Positions 1-12,675 of a stretch of 64,000 nt of DNA are shown one piece after another. Below the pieces are notes generated by a model. The model did not search any database and was not told the DNA's origin. It saw only the letters and a program-made list of their open reading frames with translations. A program made the translations under genes and the position numbers. The number at the start of each line of letters is the position of its first letter. The stretch's first letter is position 1. Source of the stretch: Lama guanicoe (lineage: Eukaryota); NCBI GenBank assembly GCA_013239625.1, contig MU054830.1:7522831-7586830 (forward strand), written 5' to 3'.

Positions 1-381
1 AAAAGATGCAGAAAATTAAATAATTCACTTATGTAAAACACTTAGCTGTAAATACATATCAGTTGCTCTATTAAGTCAGAACTTTTATATTTCTCATCAT
101 ATTTACAGTTGCTGTTTGTCTTATGAGTGATAGGCCTGAATGCTCTGTATTTCCATTATGTAGCCATCTGTAACTAGCATAAGCTCTTCTTCAGAAATTC
201 TTCATTTCTGATTATAAAAATGATAAACAGTAGATAGTGTAATCAACAATCTTAGCATTTTATTCATATTTCCTTAACTACTGTTGTGTGCCAAAATTTA
301 ATCAGTAGTTATGAAATTGGGGAAAGGTGGTCCATAATCCTTCACTGCCATAGTTTTCTTTCTTGGCATTTTCTAATTCTT

Positions 382-398
382 TGTGTGTGTGTGTGTGT
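382..398. repeat. (TG)n microsatellite
   Basis: About 8 TG units read directly. Confidence 0.9.
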
Positions 399-479
399 TT
401 TATCCCATGAAGTATTTCTTGCTTACCAGAAATTGGCAGAAATCAGGTTTTATGATACATAGATGATCTCATGACTGAA

Positions 480-745
480 AATGATAGACAAATTTGGAAG
501 TGTTAGAGAAAGCAGAAATCAGACACTGGGGCAGGCTTGAGTTAGGGAGGGACATCAGAGTTGTGTTGCTTGAGGACACTCTTCTCCTTTCAAGTGAACA
601 CTTTGACCTTGGAGATACTGAGTTGAAAAAAAAAATCTGCAGATATTCCTGGTTGAGATGGACAGGGAATGTGAATAGAGAAGAGTTATCAAAAGGTGAT
701 GAAAAATATGTAGAGTTGAATATCATCTCAAGTGTGAGCCGTGGT
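480..745 (-). mobile_element. L2 LINE fragment
   Basis: Purine-rich degenerate sequence resembling antisense L2; boundaries approximate. Confidence 0.4.
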
Positions 746-2059
746 AAACCAAACTAAAGATAGGATGAAAGAGAGAGAAAAGAGAGAAAAAGATACCAAG
801 TTTGCCATTGTCTTCAGCATCGAGGTAACATAAGTTCTGAAAGCTGCAAATGGTGTATTTCTTATGGACTAGAGTATTATTTTAAATGAGTATTGTTCAC
901 AGGTGTGTGGAATTTACAGGTATGATACATCAGTATGTGATAATATGTGGACCGTACACGTACTGTTTCATGTGGCACATTTTATGAACCATGACTTTTC
1001 CATTTAGGTGAAGATGGTAGCCAAAGTCCCTGGAGTGTCTGGCTTACCCCGAAGCAGTACTTGTGCTGCTGGTAATAGAACAGCTCTTGCCAGATCCCTG
1101 GCTGCACAAGGGATTTGGAACTTTTGGGTTCTCCAGGAGTTTTTGTTATGAATGCCTTATTTCACAGTCGGGGGCAATCAATCTTGTAGGAGGCCTTCCA
1201 GGATAGGACCCAAACACATACCGCATATTGCTCTCCTCTACTCTGTGGGAGACAAATAGGATTTTTTCCTTCCCCCAGAGGTTGCATTTCTGAGGTTGAT
1301 GGTCTTTTCCCACTTTTCTAATAGCATGTATTTCTGTGTCACGGGGCCCTGTAGCACTGAATAGATGGTCTGTTAGGGGTTTATTTTGCTTTTACTATAT
1401 TCTGAGGGAATGTTGAAGTCTAAACTATTCAGATAAAGAATGTCACAGGTAGTACATGACTTCTTGGTAATCACTAATTAGTATAGGTTTTAATCATTAC
1501 TTTTGCATTTTCTAGGCTTCTGCTGGCCATTCCCAGTCTCTGCCTCTGATCTTTATAGTCTCTTCTTTGTCATCAGTTTGCCCTATTTATATCCTTCAAG
1601 TCAAAGACAAGCTGTTTTGTTAAGCTCTCTCTGGTCTGTGCGGACACCTATCTTCCATTGTGCTTCAGCTTTTCTCTCCTGCTTCCCTCAGTGAGCTGTA
1701 TAATTGGCATTTTAGGTGGACTAGGCAAGTGAGCAACTGAGCCCCAGTTAGTTCCTGGCCCGTCCTGTTAGTACCCGGCCTGACCTGGTCTTCAGCAGTC
1801 TCACCATGCTCTGTCTTTTAAGCTTACATGCTGGCATCATGCATTTCTGTCCTATCTTATCCTCTTCTCGACCACGGCCCCGGGACGTTCCCTGAAGCAG
1901 TCAGCAGGGCATTCTGATGTGGAGGTGATCTTGCATGGCTTAGAGGAGTCACAGGGAGAAGAGGGGACAGCAGGCAGAGCTGGGAAGGATCTCACTGCCT
2001 GGCGGTGTTCTGTTCCCTCTTGTACAAGAGAGGAAAGTGAGAGGGCATTCAGGAAACCG

Positions 2060-2410
2060 ATGTGCAGCTGAATCTCACTTTTAAACGTTAAGGGAAAAGC
2101 CTCAGAATTGGGAAGAGTTTGAACCCATTTGGAGTTTGTCAGGAATGCTGACATTTTAATAAGTTGCACTGGGTCTCAGTATGGAGAATAGACTGAAGAT
2201 GGAACCAGTGAAGGCAGGGCAGCTGACTAGGAAAGAAAACAAGGAGAGATGAGAAGGCTTAAACTAAAGTCCTGGAGTTACAGATGAGGAGGAGGAGTGA
2301 ATCTGAGATATTTAGGATGCAGAATCTAAGTTTTTAGGACTGACTAAATGTGATAAGAAAGGGAGAGGGATTGACTCAGGTTTCTAATTTTGATGACTAG
2401 ATGGAGAATC
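2060..2410 (-). mobile_element. L2 LINE fragment
   Basis: Typical antisense L2 sequence (gagaatagactg...gaatctgagatatttagg...gactcaggtttct). Confidence 0.55.
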
Positions 2411-3014
2411 ATGCAAAGAGCTGTGAGAAGTAATATAGCAGGAGAGATGTCACATCTCGACATAGCTTTAAAAATAACCAAGTAAAGATATTTCTGCCAG
2501 GATTAAGCTAATGTAGTTCAGAGTGGACAAGTTTTCTGCTAACCTTATTTGATACAAGGAAAGAATGTAGAACACGTAGAGGAGCAGATGACAGCATGTC
2601 CCTTCCTTTCCTGTGACACTTCAGTCAGACTTTTGATAAAAGCTGAAATGCACAAGGCAAGGTTAAATGCTGGGCCACCGTTCTGTATTGCTGCTGTCCC
2701 AGGTACAGTCCTGAGGTATGGACCAGACTTCAGTTCTCCTCTCACATCGACTGTACTCCTAGTGTTACGGCATCCTCAGGCATCCTGTGGCTTCTTTTAT
2801 CTCCTTCTAGTATGAAAATTTTGTGTTGTGGAAATAATCCTCTTAGTTACTAGAACTAAATTAGTAGCATTTCTTATCCAATTCTGTTCCTTTCTGGGCA
2901 GGCAGCTCATCTATCAAACCCTTAGCTCATCACATATTTATTCCCAGAGATACTCCTGCTTCTTGAGTTGGGGAAAATTAGACCTTTTGGAAAAAAAAAA
3001 AAAGAAGAACCCAT

Positions 3015-3242
3015 TATGTTGTAGTTTCAAAGGTGTAGTCTCTCCAGTAGACCTGTGTTCAAATCCTAGCTCTGTCACTTACCAGCTGTATTGCCTTGGG
3101 CCTGTAATCTTAAGTAATTCCCGATACGTAGATGGTGATACTAGTGTACTTATTTCTTAGAGCCATTGAGTTTATATTAGACAGTACATATAAAGCACTT
3201 ACTATAGTTTTTGACCCATTATAAATACTGAGTAAATACTAC
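3015..3242 (+). mobile_element. MIR SINE
   Basis: Core-like gttcaaatcctagctctgtcacttaccagctg and 3' taaagcactta...taaatactgagtaaat. Confidence 0.7.
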
Positions 3243-4553
3243 CTTTCATTTGGTATTCTTTAATTTTATACCTATAGATAGGTAAAATTTATTTTTTATC
3301 TTTTGGGGATAATATAGCCAGAAGTTATTAACTGTTGGCATGTTTTCAGGTGCTTGTGAGAATTTCGGACTCTAATATACCTAGTGCCACAAAATTTAAG
3401 TAGCCACTTGTTTTTGTTTTTTAATGAATCAAGAAATCTGGGCAAGTTTAATAATTTGGTATTTTTTTGTGATTAAAAAAATATTCTGAGGCAAAATAGC
3501 TTCTGAATAAACAAATCAGCCAACATAATTTTATTCTGGCTAAACCTAGACTTTTATTAATGTTGGATATGACGGAAAGAATGAAGGTATTCATCTCACA
3601 CAGGAATGAGGAAAAATACAAAAATATTTTGAGGATTATTATATTCCAGTTATATTTATAGATTATCATTTTGATACTGAAACCAAGATGAGAAATTAGG
3701 CTTCATATTTTCTAATAATGTGTCCACACCTATTCTCAAAATCACATTAACCCATGTGCAGTTGAATATAAATTTACAGAAGTGCATGGAAAATGAGATT
3801 TTATTTCTAATTAGATTTTTTTTCACGGTTTGAGATGGCTAGTAAAATTGGCCAAGAAGCTGATGTTTCAATGTTTTCTGTCGGTCTTCTTTCCCCTCAA
3901 TTTTCTAAGCTGAAACATGACATTCTAACCCAGGTTAATATTTTGTTTCAAAATGTCAGTCTGAATACTAGTCTTCACCTGTGTCTGAAGTCTAAATGTA
4001 TGAAAATTACTTCTTTAGCCTATATTTTCAGCTACTGGAGGTTACAGTTTTGAGGAATAGTTTATTTCATTAACTGAACGTGGATATACCCCCAGTTTTA
4101 TTGATCTGTGTGACATCATACAAATGCAATCATTTGTTGTTATACACAATTGGAGTGCAAGCTTCCTAGTTTGGTAATTCTTAGAGTCATAGATGGTTTC
4201 AGTTTGTACTGAACTAGGAATCGGAACGTGCAAGCGGTTGTCCCAACTTGAGTTACCTGGGATGATTCTCTTTGCCTTCCCTTGGTCTATTTTCCCAGGA
4301 AAAGTATTTGTCCTCTCTGTGCAGAGGACTGTTGTGTGGATCAAAGAGGTGAAGTAAGTGAAAACACTTTGGATACTCAAGCATGATACAGACATAAAGT
4401 AGTGGTATATTTCTAATTCAGGTAATAAAGGAAAACAGATGTGTTTCAGAGAGTGTGATTTTGTAAATGACTAAGTGAATTTTATATATATATTTCTCCT
4501 AACAAAGGAAGTAACTCAAGCATCTTTATTTTCTGTATTTTCCAACCAACCAG

Positions 4554-4685
4554 AACCGGGACCAGTATTCACATCTACTAAGTGATCACTTTTTGCCATA
4601 CCAAGGTCATAACTCCTTCCGTGAGAAATATTTCAGTGGAGTAACGAAAAGAATTGCCAAGGAAGAAAAATCTATCCAGGAGTGA
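4554..4685 (+). CDS. TRMT11: Terminal coding exon of tRNA (guanine(10)-N2)-methyltransferase TRMT11; upstream exons lie outside the window
   Basis: A pyrimidine-rich tract and CAG acceptor (4551-4553) are followed by a phase-0 frame NRDQYSHLLSDHFLPYQGHNSFREKYFSGVTKRIAKEEKSIQE and TGA (4683-4685). This matches the mammalian TRMT11 C-terminus as recalled (human ends ...KEEKSTQE). Too short and ATG-less to appear in the ORF track. Confidence 0.9.
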   Translation, partial: NRDQYSHLLSDHFLPYQGHNSFREKYFSGVTKRIAKEEKSIQE

Positions 4686-4949
4686 AAATTAAGACTTTGA
4701 CAATAGAAAAGGAATAAGGATTTGATAGAAGAAGCATCTGGATGTGAACTTTCATGTATGATATAGAAAATGTACTGTTTTAAATAATTTTATATAGCAA
4801 AATCAATGCTGAAAGGTCAATTGAACAATTCTTTTTAACATTAGCTTTGTTTTATAGACTATTTTGTTGTATGTACTCTTTTGACCTTTAATTTATATTT
4901 GTACTTTCAAGTATTATGGAAATTGACTGAAAACAGTTATATTTTTGGT

Positions 4950-4955
4950 AATAAA
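4950..4955 (+). terminator. Proximal polyadenylation signal AATAAA
   Basis: Canonical hexamer about 265 nt after the TRMT11 stop codon. Confidence 0.45.
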
Positions 4956-5098
4956 TTTACAAAGGGAACTAATAGTGTTGACTTTTTAAACAGATATCTG
5001 CTGAATATGTTATAGGCAGTTAATAGTAGTTGAAAATTTATTCATTAGGTAGATTTGTTTAATTTGGGTTTTGATTTTAATTGCTTTACATTGTCACT

Positions 5099-5104
5099 AA
5101 TAAA
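5099..5104 (+). terminator. Distal polyadenylation signal AATAAA
   Basis: Canonical hexamer with U-rich sequence upstream and GU-rich sequence (ttgtgt) downstream. Confidence 0.6.
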
Positions 5105-5437
5105 TCTCACTGAGGATTCATAAAATTGTGTAGAATTCAGTGCTTTTCAGGGGGATGTGATGAAGGAAATGAATTTTTACTTCTAAATCCCAGACAAGTA
5201 ATAACAGTGATAATGGTGATGATGAGAAAGGCTAGGACCTGACAACCTAAAAAGATTCCAGACTCCTTGAGGCCTGTCCGCATCTGAAGCTCGTCTGTAC
5301 CTTGGACTTGCTCCTGCATTCCTAAACCTTGACTGTCGGTCAAGTTAACTACCCACAATTTTTGGTTTAGAAAGTAACTGATAGTTAAAAGCAGTAACAA
5401 CAACACAATCCTTGATGGTTCCCTAATGGTATTAAGT

Positions 5438-5585
5438 NNNNNNNNNNNNNNNNNNNNNNNNNNNNNNNNNNNNNNNNNNNNNNNNNNNNNNNNNNNNNNN
5501 NNNNNNNNNNNNNNNNNNNNNNNNNNNNNNNNNNNNNNNNNNNNNNNNNNNNNNNNNNNNNNNNNNNNNNNNNNNNNNNNNNNNN
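5438..5585. other. Assembly gap (148 N)
   Basis: Run of N. Confidence 1.
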
Positions 5586-7935
5586 TCAACGTACCTCAGC
5601 AAGGCAGCAGTAAACGAATCCTCTCTCTAACCAGAGCCTATTTTTATTTATGCTATTATTATTATTTTAGTGTTACTGCTAGCTTTTTATGGACTCACAA
5701 CTTGAACGTGTGTAGCTTAGGACCTCCAGAAGACCAGAGCTGCTCAAGCAGAGAGAAGGGGCCGGCCATCTGCTTCATTCTCTCTCCTTTCCTCATCCTG
5801 CAGCTCTGAATTTCAGCAGCAGATCTCAAACGTTTCAGTGATTGTTTTGTTTGGGTTTCTGGATGTGATTTGTGGTACACTGGGGAAAATCTAAAAGTAT
5901 TCAAGGATGATTTATTTTCAGTATTTCTGTTGTAAACCATCTTATTTAAAATTTTTTGAGGTTGTATGGAGGGTGAGTTTGAAACTTTGTAGCTGACTAA
6001 ATTTGGAATATGAGATTTTAGCCTTGCCCCATTTTTTGGTTGTCACAAAGATTAGTCTAAATTACTTCCAAATCAGACCTGGAAAAGTTGCAACATTAAT
6101 TTTAGTCACTTTGTTCTTAAAAATTATCCAACATTAAAAAAGTTTTTTCAATTATTTTTTATTACCACTAATGGAGGCCTTTTAATCTTTAATTTTTCAT
6201 TATTATGAAGCTTATTTTCATATATATCAGTGAATTCCATCTTCCATTCCTGAAATGTCACTAGACTCAGAGTGTGAATTTGTGCAGTTATTTTAAGGTT
6301 GGTACTCTGAAGTGAAAAAGAAACTGGATCACTTTCAACCAATTTTGATTTTAGAGCAGAGGTCACACATCCCCTTATTCTAAAAAGAGAGACTTTATTT
6401 TCTGGCATCAGGATCTTATTACTTTCTGCATAAGTTACAGAAGATCATTTCCAGAATTGCTTTAGTTTTATGTGTATTTCTCATGCACTTCCAGCAGGAA
6501 TATCACCTAACAAAATGCCTGCATTTTAGGTAGTTCTGTAATATGAATTTACAGTCTAATCTGTGAGTGAACCCTAGGTGGTCTGTGGGCTGGCCTATTT
6601 AATGTTTATAATATGACAAAATCTATAATTTTGTTCCTGGCATATATTAGAACATCCATAAAATCCAGACGGTTACCTTGGTGGTGTTTCATCATAAGTA
6701 ACCTCCTTCCTGTCCTTTCTGGTGGGGGCTTTTCTTGCTGTGATGGCTGGGAGGGAAGAGTAGAGTGGGTGGTCTTTGGAGGATTTAACCAAAGTGGCCG
6801 CTTCCTGCCCAGGGTGACCCAGGTTTGGGCCAGCTCGCCACCAACTTCCTAATGACTAATTCTTTAAATACAAAGATTGAGCAATAAAACATTTTCAAAC
6901 TTTTAAACTCTGGGAGGTAAGTCAGTGTTCCCTTATGGAGAAAACTCACAATTTTATATTCCTTACATATTTAAGAAGAGTGGTGATTACCAGTAGAGAA
7001 CTTTATTTGAAGTTTGGTAGAGAAAAGTTTAGTATGAGTTAACATACCAGATGCATTGTAGAGAATGTGTTTGTTATTGGATGAAAAATGTGCTTTAAAT
7101 TAAAGTTTGGGACCGAAATAACTTTTATTGAAGTAATATGTTTTATGCTCTTATTATAATTAAAGAATCAGGGACTTGACTTCTAAAAAAGAATCAGGCA
7201 ATTAAATGTGAAGGTTGTGTTATCTAGATGCCAATATAAGCAAATCTGACTCTTGAATCAAAGGCCTTAGTCATTTTGGGTTAAAAGAACTAATCTGTGC
7301 TGGAAGGATTATCAAGTATTGCTAGTCCAAAGAGACACAGAATAAAACACAATATTGAGAATTGAAGGTGATGTTTTTTGGGGGAAATTATCTTTTTATA
7401 CCATTCAGATCTCCCTTGAAAAAGCACAGTGGAACTAAGCTGATGTTAATGATTCTAACAGGAAAAAAAAATCCTTTGTTGTTGAAACAGGGCATAAATA
7501 AATATATTCATTAATGGAATATACAGGTGGAACTGGAGGTGGATGTTACTGAGAAAATTGATGACCTTATTGTTTCCTGTTTGACCAAAAGGGAGCAAAT
7601 TACACCAGAATAAGGACTTTGGCTCTTTTTACAAGAGCATGGTTTTTGCTCCATTGTACAGTTATTTAGAAAACTGAACACTTATAAGAACCTTTTTTTC
7701 TTAGAAGGATTGTATTCATAGAATAAGTGAAACCTACTTTGATTTCCAACTCACACACTCCCATTTTTCTCAGATACTTATCAAGTAATGTGGTTTATAA
7801 TCCAAACAAACAAAACAAAATGCCTTAACCCAGAACATACACATGGACACAGTAACACTAGACTGATGATGTTTGTACTTTACTAAAACATTGAGATCTC
7901 TAAAACAGAGTGGTTTGAGAACATAAGGTCTAGAG

Positions 7936-8536
7936 TGTAAAGAATTGTAATGGAATGATAAACATATCTGTGATTCTATCTAGCCATAGAAACATAGAGG
8001 CAGCACATTCCTGTCTATCCTTTGGGCAAAGCTTGCTAGGGAACCTGACCCTATTCCCTTAGTAGAGGTCTGCCTCAGGATGTTCATATGGTTCACTATG
8101 TGGAATAAGCAAGTTGACATTTAGACGTAACTGAGGCCAACCTGGAATTTGGCTCTTATCCCTTTCTTCATAAGCCATTGTAGACAGGCTGTTAGGGGAA
8201 TGGAGGCTAAATTCTCATGGCAGTGTCTTAAGAAGCCCAGGTCATGGAACAAAATAGGCTTAATAGATGAATGTTTAGATAAGCCAGCTTCCCTTTATGT
8301 AACTGTGAGCCCTATTTCTTGGGATATTAGGATGTGCTTTGCATATTTTTGTTTTAGAACTTGAATGTTCTTCCTAAGATAATCGTGTTGTGGGGATGCC
8401 CAACCCCATCAACTAACAAGGAGTCTGCTTTGACATCTATGACTTTAAAATCTCTCCTTTAATTAAGCCTTCCTGACTCTCTCCTGAGGGCTTATCCAAA
8501 GAACTCTTGTTTTGTCTAACATCCAGCAGTGAAGAT
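7936..8536 (+). mobile_element. Putative old ERVL-type LTR followed by a degenerate primer-binding site
   Basis: TGT start, ...ACA end at 8521, then cagcagtgaagat resembling a decayed tRNA-Leu PBS. Family not identified. Confidence 0.3.
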
Positions 8537-8839
8537 TAGTTGGGCTTATGTGTGAAGTTAGTCAAATTTGAAAAAAGGCTGAGGAGAAAATTAAAATTGG
8601 AAATGAGATGGCACTTGAGTTAGGCTTTGGTGGACTGCCCAAGTGTCGTACCTAGTGTGTTGTATGTTTGTGAAGTGGATCAAAATGGTCAGAGCTGGTG
8701 TTGGTGAGCTTGAAAAATCTGTAAGATCTCCTTAATATTTGTTTGTTTATAAATACTGGAATAGAGTATCTCACTACAAGTCTGAGTACTTCCAGCACAA
8801 CAAAGCTTTTTTTGGCATTATTTTTCTACAGTTTATACC

Positions 8840-8970
8840 TGTTGGGAAACAATTCTCCACAGATGCCTTGCACTTGTCTATGTCTTGTCAAGGAGCCACT
8901 GACTCCTTGCACCCTGAACTATCTTTTGGTGGATGTGTAAACACCCTTGGAAGATAGTGTCTCCACCTCC
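8840..8970 (+). mobile_element. LTR40-like (ERVL) LTR, 5' fragment
   Basis: tgttgggaaacaattctcca...cactgactcct...actatctttt...ccttggaagatag matches the recalled LTR40 5' end. Confidence 0.65.
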
Positions 8971-10220
8971 CCTACCTTCCCCCTCTTCTGAAAAACACTA
9001 TTAGCAAACTCCTGGACTCTCGTCAAAACTGAACACCTTTGCCATCCAACCTGATGCTTCCAATGTGGAGTGGATCAAACAGACTCACAACTACCAAGAT
9101 GAGAAGGACCTGACAAGCCTCACTTGTCACATAGAATTGGTATATTCAAGAATGCAGTTGGCTTAGCCTTAGTTGCATCTTAGATTTACATGAAAAAGTG
9201 GCAGCTGTCCATTTGGGGAAAATTTTATCACCCATTCCACTGCCTGAAACAAAGGGAGGGGCTCAGTGGCATCCTTGATTCACAAATGCTACATTTAGTG
9301 GGGTTTAGAAATACATTTGGGTTGCCACTCTGAATGTCTACTGCCTCTTTCACTAATGGATTGGCCAAACTGAAACCCAGTGGTGGTCAGTGGGCTACTC
9401 TGGCAGCTCGATCTCAGTGCCAGATACACAGAACTGAAAATGGATGTGGTTGGCCTGGTCCGTGGGCAGAAATCAAAGCTATTCTCAAAGCTCCAGCCAA
9501 TACCCTCTCTGTTGAGCCTTGTTATATTTTTACTGACTCTCAGGCTGTTGCTAATGACCTACAGTTTGGTCTGTCACTTGGAAAACTACAGACTAGCAGA
9601 TAAATGACACCCTTCCTTAGGGGCTACAAACAGTGGAAACAGATTGTGGCTGCTGGCAGAGCTGTCAGGGTCATTCTCTGATGAGACCAAGTTGAATAAA
9701 GCTGTTGGTTGGGCCAGCAACATTCAGATTGCTATCATTGTTGCCTGGATCTATCATTGTCCCCAACAGGCAGCACATCCACCACTATATAGATAGGACA
9801 CAAAGTAAAGGACTTTGTTTCTGATGCAGAGCCACCATTTGATGCCAGACTCCTGCCAAAAGTTGACCTGGTTGCGTTGTGGCGGAGAAGACCACATTGT
9901 TTGGAGTGTTGTCCAGCCGGCCCCTGGCAGATTGATTATTTCGAATCTCTGCCTCAACTCTTGCAGCTGGTGGTTGTGTGTCACTGCTGTTGCCACTTTC
10001 TCGGGTTACAGTGTTGCCGTTCCAGTCTGATCAGTTGACTCCAGCCACACCACTTTGGCCCTTGAAACTAATCGGTGTCACGTGTTTGGCTTTCTGGACC
10101 ATTTGGTATGACAATGGTATTATACCTTTTATTGCAAAAGCCACTCAACCATGGGCTGATAGTCAAGGTATTTGATAGACTTTCCATGCTCCCTACCATC
10201 CACAGGCATCTGGAATTTTT
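8970..10220 (+). mobile_element. Degenerate class III (ERVL, HERVL40-like) pol relic: RT connection, RNase H and integrase
   Basis: RNase H motifs FTNG, WAEIKAI and YIFTDSQAVAN lie in ORF 9334-9603. Integrase motifs are WQIDY (~9925), TFSGY, DNG...F...TQPWA..QGI (ORF 9978-10175) and FHAPYHPQASG (10182-10214). Many frameshifts and stops. Confidence 0.85.
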
Positions 10221-10679
10221 GAGCTTTGGAAAATTTCTCTACATTGTTCTATGTTTTCTCTGGCAGTCATTTACTAAGCCTTCTTAGAAAGGCTTAGTAT
10301 ATTGCTCCAAATTTAGCTCTGAATAGTGCAGTGTTTTGCCCTTTGTCAGACACCTAAGTTTTTTAATTGGTGGGTTTCAACTCAGAAACAAGTGGTGATT
10401 AATAGCTTCAGTCTCAAACTGTGAAGGTTTTCCAAAACCAGTACAAAACAGGGAGCTGTGACAAGCCAGTACAAAAGGACTTCTCTACCTGGTATGCTTT
10501 ATTACTGATGTTGAAACAGGAAAATGAATATTTCAGCTGATTTGTTGTCTTTAATTAATTTTCTTTTCTTTACAGTTTCCCCTAGAGCCCAAAAAATGTA
10601 AAAAAAAAAAAACTTCTTCTATTTTATTTTAATGGTAACTGGTATTATACATGTTACTCTACTTTTCCTGTTATACGTG

Positions 10680-11330
10680 TTCTAAGGCTTGCCTGCTGGT
10701 GATTGGTTGATGCAAAGGCATAGAAGCGTGGTGTTTAGGGGAACTACATGCAGTTTAAGGTCACCGAAGGGTGATGTGTGACCTGGGAATCAATAAAGTA
10801 AGGCTAGAGCCTATGGCAGGAGGGCTTTCTACCTCCCCTCCCCCTGCCCTGGGGGAGGGAATGGAGCTACCTTGGGATTTTCAGTAGGAAGGTGGTATTA
10901 TCAGGCATGGTCTATCACCATCACTCCAGTGGTAGTGGTTTGGAATGGAGGGAGATAGAGTAGAAGCTGGAATGCTAGTCAGAACGTCGCTGCAGTCATC
11001 CACCCAGGTTAGAGATGTAAGGATCTCAAGTGGCAGTAAAGAGTGAATGGAGAATATTTAGCAGATGAAATGAGCAGATCCTGGTAATTGATTGAGCTCA
11101 GGGATGAGGAGTAATGGATAATGTCCAGGATTCCAACTGGGTAACTGGGTGTATAGCATGACACAAACTGGAATAGAAAATGGTAGAAAAAGGATGTGTT
11201 TAAGATTGGACATCCAGAATATGAGAAGCCAATGGAGCAGACACAGAGAACTGCACAACAGGCTGCTGAGTATTCAAGACCAAAGCTGGACAGTGATTGC
11301 ATAAGTGAGGAGCCAAAGATCACTGCATGA
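10680..11330 (-). mobile_element. L2 LINE fragment
   Basis: Antisense L2-like sequence (tgcagtcatccacccagg...tggcagtaaagagtgaatggag). Confidence 0.6.
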
Positions 11331-12675
11331 GACAACGAACCACTCAGTTAAGACACCCTGTGCACCTCTAAGGTTCATTCTGTCATGTTGTCCCATTGCA
11401 TGACATGTATATTTAGCAAAGAGAATTAGTATCACCCAATACTCATGAGACTGGACCAGGCAATTCCAGGTTATTACAAGAAATTTATACTTGAATTACT
11501 AATGAGATGAAATTACTGCATTGCACTGCTAGAAGCTGCAGAAAACAACAGTGGCTTTGGGGTAATGTGCTTCTGTCTGAATGGGATGGGTGCATGCATT
11601 CTATTTGTTGTATATGCTAGTGAACCTCATCGCAGAGTTAGAACTTAAAAAACTGCTAAGCTGTTGTTAGTTGCCTCTAAGACAAACCTGCTAAAGAAAC
11701 AAAAGCCACCACTGTTTGGACCCTAGATGTGGAGAAAAGAAAAACTCAAGCGCTTTCTTTTCCCTCTTCTCCTTATCCTTTAAAATTAAAAATATTTCCC
11801 CTTCCTTCTTCTTTTTAAAGTAACTACATAATAATTTTGGGTAGCAACATAAAAATTACAAAGTAGGTCAGAATATGGGGAAGTTTTTAATTAAATTGGG
11901 GGTTTTGTTTGTTTTTTCATTTATTAAAAAATGTCAGGCCAAAATCCCAATTTCCCTCTACCCCCTTTTTTATATATTCTTACGCATTTGGCAGAGTCTG
12001 TGACAAAACCTCACCCCAGCTGTAGACGGGCCAAAAGCCTTTTCTGAAGCTCCTACTAATTTGGATTAAACTGACTGGTTGAAAGCTTCACACAGAAATT
12101 CTTCCAGGAAGTGTCATAAGTTCCCTTGACATTTAATTCTACGAACAATCTTATCTTTTGGAGAGAGATAGACAAATAACAATTTATTTTTTGATTTTCG
12201 CCTTTGTTAGCTTGTTTTCTTTCTTAGTTTTGGAGAAACAGATCAAGAACCTGAAGACAACAGAAGCCTATCTTGCCTCCAGTCTGGCCTTCTGAACCCA
12301 AAGAGAGGAGCCTGCATGATGCTAAGTGGGTTCCTAAGGAAAGAAGAGCAAGATGGATGCTCTGTACTGAATAAGGCTTCCAGGGGAAGACATCACATGT
12401 GTCAATGAGCTCAGTCCTGCAGCAGGAGGTATCACTCAGTGTATCAGAACCGAGGGCTAGATCTTGTGGCCTATTAAATTCATCTCTGAATAGTTTGTTG
12501 CCATTCTCGACAATGAAAAAGACAGCCCCCATCCTCAAAGAGTTTATAGTCCGGGGGCTACAGGTGGTAGTAAACACAGAGGCAAGTAGTCTATTTAGAT
12601 GGTGGTCAGTCTTTCCAGAGGGTAAGTCCATGGTGAGTAAAAGAGGAGTAATTAGCCACTTCACACAGTATAGGG

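Larger units (their letters stand above)
1..4553 (+). other. TRMT11: 3' part of the last intron of TRMT11
   Basis: Lies directly upstream of the terminal-exon acceptor. No sequence encoding the preceding TRMT11 exon was found; it contains L2 and MIR relics. Confidence 0.8.
4686..5125 (+). other. TRMT11: TRMT11 3' UTR (3' end approximate)
   Basis: AU-rich sequence after the stop codon, extending to the distal AATAAA at 5099-5104. Confidence 0.65.

Noticed and set aside
5137-5809. Long ORFs containing X runs
   Set aside because: Artefacts of translating through the N gap.
8760-8840. Possible RT thumb motif upstream of the pol relic
   Set aside because: The similarity is weak, and the adjacent sequence is better explained as the start of LTR40.
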